64,000 nt of DNA from Candidatus Latescibacterota bacterium (lineage in GTDB: Bacteria > Latescibacterota > UBA2968 > GCA-2709665), in NCBI GenBank assembly GCA_965237675.1, contig OZ250150.1, positions 2,816,001-2,880,000 on the forward strand. The letters run 5' to 3'. The notes below the pieces were generated by a model. That model saw only the letters and a program-made list of their open reading frames with translations, made no database searches and was not told the DNA's origin. Below are positions 57,801 to 64,000 of the stretch, in pieces. Both the position numbers and the translations under genes were made by a program. Position 1 is the stretch's first letter. Every line of letters begins with the position of its first letter.

Positions 57801-59338
57801 TCATCCGCCCTATGGTCTCGCACGAGAGAACTTAACCATTCGGCGATCGTGGCCCTGGGCACGGTCGGGGAGCTTCCCGGTAAACGCGAGGGAAACAGCC
57901 GGTCGACGCTAGCGAGACGGTTGCGTGTGAGGGCTTCATGGTGCAGCCAATTCGATGGTCGCCCCGGATACGCTGACCAGCGCATAAATGGCGCCTTGTC
58001 CGAGGCGTCGGTCAATTCCCTAGGGGGATATAAGATTTCCCCCATGGTGCGCAACTTTCCTTTCTGATCGGGTACGATTTCTCGTTTGCGTAGATGGGCA
58101 AACAAACGGTTGCGAAGCAGAACACTCTGCTCCGAGTCACCAGACTCTTGTCTGCGAGGCAGTGCGTCCAAATGGCAAGCAGGGTCTAACTGAGTCGCGA
58201 GTCTTGGCAATTCGTCGGCTATCAGCCGTGCCGCCATTTCGATCAGTTCGTCGTTATACGGTCCAGGCAGCAGATTTTGACGATCTTCATTGGTTTTCCA
58301 TGGCGCATTCAGGATACCGGCAAGGAGGCTTGCGGTCTTGGTCGGGAAGAACGCCCAGAAATGTCCGGGGCGATCCAAGCGATCTAGCGGTGCCGCCCAC
58401 GAGATCGGCACGTTGCCGCTGCCTTCGTCCAAGCCCCAGTCGCTCCGTGCTTCGGAAGAAAGGGCATGGGTTGTTTTGAAAAGCCGCCAACGCGAAGTCC
58501 CTTCGCCGGTATCGAGATGAAACTCCCCCTGCCGATCCTGCAAGATGAAGCTCCGGGAAACTTCCCCATCCTCAAGGGTCAGATAACGGACATGATCGAC
58601 GAAAAGCAAAAATTCGGGCGGAAAGTCTCTGATCTGTTGGGCGAGGTCATCATGCGCACCGGGCTCTATCGGCAGGCGGACGATGTTCGTCGCCCAACTC
58701 ATCAGTTCCCGCATTTCCGCGTCGGTATCACTCTCATTGTAGGGATCGATCGGTTCGGGCAAACGCAGCACAGGGTATCCTTCGGCTTGCGCGACGTCCG
58801 CTATTCGTTTCGCCGAGCGCGTTTTGTTGAACAAGAACGAACCAGACCGGCTGTAGAACTCGGGAGCATCCGTTACTCTCAAGACCGATTTGAAGCCCTT
58901 CCCGAACCTTCCGATCGCGGGGGTGTTCCGTTTGCTCGACATGCGGTCGAACATTAGACCCACGATTCCGTCCTCGTCGATAGATTTTCCATCGTCGGCA
59001 CAGTAGAGGAAGCGTTTCGTCAGGCGGATCAGGATGCTCCTGGCTTTTGGCGCGTCGAGCAAGGCGTCCGCGCTGTTCTGAACGAGTTCGAACAATTGCC
59101 GATGGGCATATCCACCATGAGCGGTATCGTGTTCGAGGTTGGCATGCTCGGTTACTAGACGTGGCTGCGCGCGGTACGATTCGAGAGTTCTTTCCGCCTC
59201 CTCGACAATGAACTTAGCGATCTGCCCTGTGGGGCCGATCCAATTCGGTTTCTCGTCGAAAGCGGAAAAGCCCAGCTTGGCATTCTCGCGGAAAAACCTA
59301 CCGCGCTCGCCTTTCGAAAAGTCGTATTCTGTCTTCAT
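54821..59338 (-). CDS. BrnA-like N-terminal peptide + sacsin-type GHKL ATPase + SF2 (DEAH/ResIII-like) helicase, 1505 aa
   Basis: MKTEYDFSKGERGRFFR; ELVQNSADA, ADDG, IGRFGKGFKSV, FFPT..ILNAPW..DRQNL; LPTGSGKT, ELCEQA, FDEAHR, GLTATP, IFATSVEHA, EGFDAP, QMIGRGLR. Confidence 0.9.
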   Translation of the reverse strand: MKTEYDFSKGERGRFFRENAKLGFSAFDEKPNWIGPTGQIAKFIVEEAERTLESYRAQPRLVTEHANLEHDTAHGGYAHRQLFELVQNSADALLDAPKARSILIRLTKRFLYCADDGKSIDEDGIVGLMFDRMSSKRNTPAIGRFGKGFKSVLRVTDAPEFYSRSGSFLFNKTRSAKRIADVAQAEGYPVLRLPEPIDPYNESDTDAEMRELMSWATNIVRLPIEPGAHDDLAQQIRDFPPEFLLFVDHVRYLTLEDGEVSRSFILQDRQGEFHLDTGEGTSRWRLFKTTHALSSEARSDWGLDEGSGNVPISWAAPLDRLDRPGHFWAFFPTKTASLLAGILNAPWKTNEDRQNLLPGPYNDELIEMAARLIADELPRLATQLDPACHLDALPRRQESGDSEQSVLLRNRLFAHLRKREIVPDQKGKLRTMGEILYPPRELTDASDKAPFMRWSAYPGRPSNWLHHEALTRNRLASVDRLFPSRLPGSSPTVPRATIAEWLSSLVRDHRADEAVRASMAAIQTAAEIPTEHRSIDGLGDIVLTASGHWLSPDPDHLFLPDESLNGDGTADQASYVHRELVVDGDTLTALKKLGLRPPSPERKFRQVAQRILQTDSSEELGDDLHRDFWITARTLSPGAASDVIREYKDWDGRETWPTELRVRTRAETWQPPHSVLLPGQIVPDDGSRDENTTVNTEFHEANDHLLRVLGLTEAPHDGRELSLEPQFRSFLNTCRTRYSQQDNLPHNPNRWYLEFTSSEGVGPLSVLATLSDTGNAFYTDALLGLDASFERWTMQHTGTNRRSYPSVQYESLTIHMLRTHGLIRTPSGIVPLAYALGPHPKSPEALHILLAHPQADKIKAAFDLAEPVPEFHGEGDPIPLTDIWPGLGPSLPTHRRTCNLIRCERILVLGQPRECVLHASDIFLADTVGDDELRKLQLVVDELELGIGLQKIVEILNRKTPQEIEERRERVRQYTTDAERLLAAVGEETLRAGLPDSLLGVLESDGVALTSVDIAEAAIATWHTDALKQYRWGLDRFDPPSQWAGSQRAVDFVRSLGFSAEWAGERDGKRDPFLEIEGPFSLPNLHVYQRTIVDNVREMLRSEHGDESKRRGIMSLPTGSGKTRVAVQAIVEAMRDEGFSGGVLWVADRDELCEQAVEAWRQVWSSIGMQAVRLRTSRMWGGLERPQPTSELHVIVATIQTIKARLSTQTEDYRFLANFNLVVFDEAHRSIAPTFTSVLQDIGLTRFQRAEEPFMLGLTATPYRGRNEEETKRLVRRYGNRRLDSGAFASDEPDAVIRELQNMGVLAQADHETIEGETFPIDEILDGSLDKEEMERKLNEWLALPWLPQSVEERIAQSAERTKRIIEAYESHIDPEWPTLIFATSVEHAQTLAALLNRRGIRSRAVSGTTAAATRRRVVEEFRNREVRALVNYGVFREGFDAPKTRAIIVARPVYSPNLYFQMIGRGLRGPLNGGDQRCLILNVRDNIENFDRKLAFSELDWLWA

Positions 59339-59622
59339 TCGCCAGACTCGTATTGACGCCGTTCGTTAGGGGTGGCGACGCGCGCCGAGATGAGCCGCAC
59401 CAATGTCTCGCGGTCGCCGGACTCGGCATCAGTATGACACACCACCAGCAGCCGACCGTCCTGAGCGCAACCCATGGTTATCCAGCGCTCCTCGAACTCA
59501 CTGTGATCCTCGTCGGGAATCGACTTCGAGAGCGGATCCCGGAAGACCGTGGCTGCAAGTTCGAAGCTGACCTTGTGATTCCGTAGATTGCTCGCTGCCT
59601 TGGCTGGATCCCAATCGAACAT
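59335..59622 (-). CDS. brnT: BrnT-family ribonuclease toxin (DUF497)
   Basis: FDWDPAKAASNLRNHKVSFELAATVF.DP, DHS..EERWITMG, LLVVCHT, RLISAR.AT..ERRQYE; stop overlaps the next start (ATGA). Confidence 0.93.
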   Translation of the reverse strand: MFDWDPAKAASNLRNHKVSFELAATVFRDPLSKSIPDEDHSEFEERWITMGCAQDGRLLVVCHTDAESGDRETLVRLISARVATPNERRQYESGE

Positions 59623-59831
59623 GCCGTTCCATTCAACGCGGCGATCGGTCGGCGGATGGGCTTATGCTTGAGACAATGGACTTGGCTGCACGGAGTGAGA
59701 TCGCACGAGGACGGAAAAAGGAATCGCAGTGTCTATTCACAGTAGAGGACTTGCGCATGGCGTCCACTGCGGCACCGTCAGGAGCCAAGGACAATGCAGA
59801 GGACTAGAACGTACGCGCCGTTATAGCGGAG

Positions 59832-60296
59832 CTAAAATGCCTTGTTGAGGTTCAGTCTGACGCCCCTGCGGTTGAGGTCGCCATTGACGGCCAGGCCGAC
59901 GCCTCCCATTTCGACCATATTGTTTCTCTTTTCGGGGGGCGGGAGGTCCTCTCCCTCATCCGATAGAAAAAGGTGGACCGAATAGGCCAGGGCCCCCACG
60001 CTCAGGCCAAACAGCACGGCGGCTTTGGTATCGCCCGATTTGCTTTCGTTGTAAAAGTCGGTCGCCGTCTCGGAGGACGTTGTGGTTCTGTACCGCTCGT
60101 ACGCGTTGTCCGCATCCTTCCTGGCAGCTTGCGCCTCTTTGAGGAACCAGATGCCCGCGGCGAGCGAGAGCGTTCCGTACAGTTTCTTGGAATACAGGAA
60201 GTCTTTCTTTTTCTTCTGCGCGATCGCCGGAACCGCTGAGAGTATCAGCATGGCGACGGCAACGGCGAGTGCGCATGCCCGTTTACGGCTGTCCAT
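59832..60296 (-). CDS. Hypothetical exported/membrane protein
   Basis: Signal peptide, two hydrophobic helices around A..AYERY, beta-rich C-terminus ending in F. Confidence 0.7.
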   Translation of the reverse strand: MDSRKRACALAVAVAMLILSAVPAIAQKKKKDFLYSKKLYGTLSLAAGIWFLKEAQAARKDADNAYERYRTTTSSETATDFYNESKSGDTKAAVLFGLSVGALAYSVHLFLSDEGEDLPPPEKRNNMVEMGGVGLAVNGDLNRRGVRLNLNKAF

Positions 60297-60339
60297 AAAT
60301 TCCTCCGCAGATCTAATTAACCCTTACCGGATGTTCCTT

Positions 60340-61716
60340 TCATTCCTCGTTCTGAACAAGCGGCCCTCCGACGTGCTGTTCCAACTGAGCCAATTCGATC
60401 TGATATTGGAACTTCTCATGCACGAGCTGGTTTCGGGCCGTAAAGAGTTGAAATTGCGCTGTTTGGCGTTCGAAAAAAGTGCCGCCGCCCAGGTTGTAAC
60501 GCTGGTCCTCAAGCCTGAAGACTTCTTCGGCGGCCTTCACGGCGGTTTCGTTGGCGGCGATGCTCTGGCGAAGACGTTCGAGGTTCAGGAACGACAGCCT
60601 GATGTCCATCTCTCTCTGACGTTTCGCCTGGTCGAGTTGCTCCTGGCTTCTCAGGTACTCCAACTTCTGGATTTTGATGCCATTTATGGTATTCAATCTG
60701 TTGAAAATCGGGAGGCTGACACTGATGCCCGCGCTGTACGAGTAGTTCTTGACAAAGAGATCTTCCACGCCCGAAAAACTCTCGTCGCGGTTCAACCGCC
60801 AACTGTACCCTGTGCTACCCGAAATCGTTGGGAAGCGTACGCTGTATTTCGTGGCTCTCAGTTGATCCCTGCTGGCAAGCATTCTGTGTTTTTGCGCCAG
60901 AATCTCGGGATTCCCCTTTAGCGCCCGCCTCAACGACTCCTGGTAGGTGATGGGCGGGGGCGTAACCGAAAATGTCTTCTCGGTTGGATAGATGTTAACG
61001 TCGGGACCGAGTCCGAGGGAAAACGCGAGCTGTGAGCGGGCAATGGCAACGTCGTTTTCCCTGGCGATAAGTTCTACGCGAAAACGAGCCAACTGAGATT
61101 CGGCGCCGAAGACGTCCGAAATGGTGGAGGAACCGATCTCATACAGCGTATTGTTGCGGCGAAGGCTCTCTTTCGAAACGCTGACCTGCTCTTTCGCCAG
61201 TTCCAGCTGCTCCATTCGCTGGAGAAGGATGAAATAACGTTGTTTCACCTGAAAAACCGTCTGGTGGCGGCTGCCGGACAGGTCCATCTCCGCCGCCCGC
61301 GCAGTCTTCTTGCTGGCCGATAGATTGGCAAGACTGGCAGCGTTGAAAATGGTAAGGCTCATGCTCGACCCCACCGATTGGGACCCGCCCACACGGTCTT
61401 CGCCCAGGGTGGTGATGATTGTCTGCGTTGTTTGATCGAAAATCGCCCCTTCCCGTGGGCCCGTGACACTTCTGGAAATTCCGTAGTTGCTGCTCAGCGA
61501 TGGAAGGAAGGCGTTTCGCATCTGGTCGATCCGGGCGACGGCAATCTCCCGCGAGAAGCGGCTTTGGGTAATTGCCGAGTTGTTTCCCAGAGCGATTTCG
61601 ACGCTTTCGGCCAGGCTGAGGTGCATTTCTCTGGATTGCGTTTCTTCGGCCGCGACAGGGGCGGAAAGCACTGCGGCAACAGTGAACAGCAGCGCGGTTC
61701 TCAGCACACGTGACAT
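60340..61716 (-). CDS. TolC-family outer membrane efflux protein
   Basis: Signal peptide, LSLAESVEIALGNN, FLPSLS, RFPTIS, SLPIFN, two OEP repeats. Confidence 0.92.
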   Translation of the reverse strand: MSRVLRTALLFTVAAVLSAPVAAEETQSREMHLSLAESVEIALGNNSAITQSRFSREIAVARIDQMRNAFLPSLSSNYGISRSVTGPREGAIFDQTTQTIITTLGEDRVGGSQSVGSSMSLTIFNAASLANLSASKKTARAAEMDLSGSRHQTVFQVKQRYFILLQRMEQLELAKEQVSVSKESLRRNNTLYEIGSSTISDVFGAESQLARFRVELIARENDVAIARSQLAFSLGLGPDVNIYPTEKTFSVTPPPITYQESLRRALKGNPEILAQKHRMLASRDQLRATKYSVRFPTISGSTGYSWRLNRDESFSGVEDLFVKNYSYSAGISVSLPIFNRLNTINGIKIQKLEYLRSQEQLDQAKRQREMDIRLSFLNLERLRQSIAANETAVKAAEEVFRLEDQRYNLGGGTFFERQTAQFQLFTARNQLVHEKFQYQIELAQLEQHVGGPLVQNEE

Positions 61717-62185
61717 AAAGGGCGCTCCTATATTCATCTCTTCCCAGCCCCTTCGATGTCCTGGAAAAAGGGGACCCATTGTGTTGTATCAGACCGGGCC
61801 GTACCGGTACGAATCCGTTCCCGATGACACCGACATTCCCAGCAAGTCCGATCGGGGTGATTGTCGGGCCGGGCCGGACAACCCGACCGCCCGGGTCGAT
61901 ATTCCAGGACAACGGCCTGCGGACGGGATGCCGGTTATCCTACTTAGACAACGCAACAACCAAAAAAGTTACCGGTAAATCGCTTCCCGTCGCGGGTGGC
62001 GAAGTAGTAAAGAAAACAGAATTCAGGACAAAAGGAAAGCGAAAACTTCCGTGTGTGGAAACCGGAATTGAGTGCAGCGATTCCGAAATGCCGTGAACGC
62101 GCGAGGCTCCCGTGGACTCTATTGGTCGTGTCGATGACTTGGCCTTCGCGCGTGATTCCTGCCCGCCGGCACCCGATGCCAGGCC

Positions 62186-64000
62186 TCAATCCCTTCGATC
62201 CAGGAGGGAATAGACGGTCGGGATGACGATCAGTGTGAGCGCGGTCGAACTGATGAGGCCGGCAACCACGGTGATGGCCATTGGAGTTCGGATCTCCGAG
62301 CCTTCGCCCAGGCCCAGAGCCATGGGTAGAAGCCCAAGAACGGTGGTTGCGGTCGTCATCAATATCGGGCGCAACCGCACGGAGCCGGCCTGTATAATGG
62401 CGTCGGCCTTGGATCGGCCATTGGCGCGCAGGTGGTTGATGTAGTCGACAAAGACGATGGCGTTGTTGACGACAATTCCGGCCAGCATGATCAATCCCAG
62501 GAAGACCACAACGCTGAAGGAGATACCGGTGACAAAAAGGGTCAGGAAAACGCCGATCAACGCCAGGGGAATGGTGAAAATGATGACAAAGGGATGTATG
62601 AAGGATTCAAACTGGGAGGCCATGACGATGTAAACCAGAAACACGGCCAGGCATAGAGCGAAGATGAGGCTTTGCATCGAGGTCTGCATCTCCCGGTTCT
62701 GGCCGCCGATGACAAAGGACACGTCCGCAGGAATGTCAACTTCCTCCAGGGCCTGCTGGATCAGCCCGGTTGCGGTTCCCAGATCGATACCGGCGACGTT
62801 GGCCGATATGAGCACGGCGCGCTGCTGGTCGATACGCCGGATCTCGCTGGGGCCTTCACGAACCTGTATGTCTGCGATGGCCGAGAGGTATATGGGAACC
62901 TCACCGTTGGGGTTGACCACCAGGCGTTTCAGATCGGACACGCCCGATCGATCGGCTTTGTCTACGCGAACCAGGACATCGATGCGGCGGTCGGCCTCCC
63001 GAAACCGGGTGACCACGTCACCCTGTACTTTTTCTCGAACCAGCGTGGCTACGCTTCGCAGATTGAGTCCATAGGAGGCCAGCAGGTCCCGGCGGTAGAC
63101 GATCTGTACTTCGGGACTCCCGCGCTGGAGACTGGATTTCACGTCGTATAACCCCGGAATTCCGGAAAGGGCGCGTTCCACGTTTCGTCCCAGACTGGCG
63201 AGGTCGCCCAGGTCGTAACCTCGAATTTCCAACTCTACAGGTGTCTTGAAGGTAAACAGGGCCGGACGTGAAAAGTTGACCGTGACCTGTGGCAGATCAC
63301 TCAGGATGTCCCGCAATCGGGACATGAGATCTGACTCTCGTTTTGCCATCAACGTATTGCCGGAAATGCCCGCCCAGACTCTTTTCGGAAACGTACTGAC
63401 GTTTTTCCAGAGCCGGTCCAGGTCGCCCGTGCCGTTTGCATTCTCCTGGGAGACAACGATGGTGACCCTCGAGGTATGTTCTCCCTGGTCGGAGGTGGAA
63501 ATTGAGGTCTTGTCCGCGCCCACGGTGGTCGTAATGCGTTCAACGCCCGGTTCGCCCAGAACCCTCGATTCCACATCTGCCACGGTCCTCTCGGTGCGTT
63601 CCAGGGGCGTACCCACCGGCATGGTCAGTTCCAGGTCGAATTCGCCTTGGTGAACTGACGGGATGAGTTCACGACCGATCTGGGGAACCAGGACGTACCA
63701 GCACAGGAGGAATGGCAGGATGGCCAGGGCGATGATGGTGAGGCGGTGCTGTAACGCCCAGCGGATCAAGGAAGGATAGGCCCGGCTGATGGCGCCGAAG
63801 CCGATTTCAAAGGCGTGAATAACGGGCGTGAGCAGGGGAACGACGATGGCGGCCAGCACAGCCAAGGCCGTCACCCCCGCCGGAAAGGTAATCATCAGAG
63901 TCAGGATCAGGAGCTTGCCCAACAGGGATGCCGTCAGGAAGATGAAATACCGCAGCACGAAGTAGACAGGTCCGAGCACGAAGAGCAGGCCCAGGAAGAG
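62186..64000 (-). CDS. RND efflux permease (AcrB/SwrC-like), 3' part
   Basis: VMASQFESFIHPFVI, GLIMLAGIVVNNAIVFVD, RLRPILMTTATTVLGLLP, PMAITVVAGL; frame open to the window end. Confidence 0.93.
   Translation of the reverse strand, partial: LFLGLLFVLGPVYFVLRYFIFLTASLLGKLLILTLMITFPAGVTALAVLAAIVVPLLTPVIHAFEIGFGAISRAYPSLIRWALQHRLTIIALAILPFLLCWYVLVPQIGRELIPSVHQGEFDLELTMPVGTPLERTERTVADVESRVLGEPGVERITTTVGADKTSISTSDQGEHTSRVTIVVSQENANGTGDLDRLWKNVSTFPKRVWAGISGNTLMAKRESDLMSRLRDILSDLPQVTVNFSRPALFTFKTPVELEIRGYDLGDLASLGRNVERALSGIPGLYDVKSSLQRGSPEVQIVYRRDLLASYGLNLRSVATLVREKVQGDVVTRFREADRRIDVLVRVDKADRSGVSDLKRLVVNPNGEVPIYLSAIADIQVREGPSEIRRIDQQRAVLISANVAGIDLGTATGLIQQALEEVDIPADVSFVIGGQNREMQTSMQSLIFALCLAVFLVYIVMASQFESFIHPFVIIFTIPLALIGVFLTLFVTGISFSVVVFLGLIMLAGIVVNNAIVFVDYINHLRANGRSKADAIIQAGSVRLRPILMTTATTVLGLLPMALGLGEGSEIRTPMAITVVAGLISSTALTLIVIPTVYSLLDRRD

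Overview
GC-rich bacterial chromosomal window. A C-terminal DFDxDGxVxFxDF dockerin/EF-hand-like tail on one secreted protein hints at a Latescibacterota/Gemmatimonadota-like organism, but this is inference only. Housekeeping content: ftsY (partial), parAB, ppdK, tRNA-Lys(TTT), rpsT, an FKBP, a pyrH-like kinase, purD, purE, a lysine-riboswitch-led dapA-pckG-dapB-transaldolase-like run, an M16 peptidase pair, ispH, dut, hflX, bactofilin, TolC and an RND pump. Two accessory or defence zones stand out. (1) About 7.8-17.5 kb: a sulfur-assimilation cluster (cysH ... cysM-mec-cysO-rrf2-cysK) is split by a REP-rich island lying between two diverged copies of the cysM promoter and 5' end. The island carries decayed higB toxins with intact higA genes, a HEPN-like gene with an in-frame TGA, a multi-domain mcrBC and a tyrosine-integrase remnant. 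(2) 54.8-59.6 kb: an intact BrnT-type RNase toxin is translationally coupled to a 1505-aa protein that starts with a BrnA-antitoxin-like peptide fused to a sacsin-type GHKL ATPase and an SF2 helicase. This is the best candidate for an undescribed system, possibly a sensor-coupled toxin-antitoxin defence module. Also present: a MITE family inserted at TAG stop codons, an M28/DUF4910-AAC(3) fusion in an orphan catabolic operon, a structured leader ahead of pyrH-purD-purE, and a decayed M23 peptidase. No CRISPR array or rRNA was seen. All family calls come from motif recognition by eye, not database searches.
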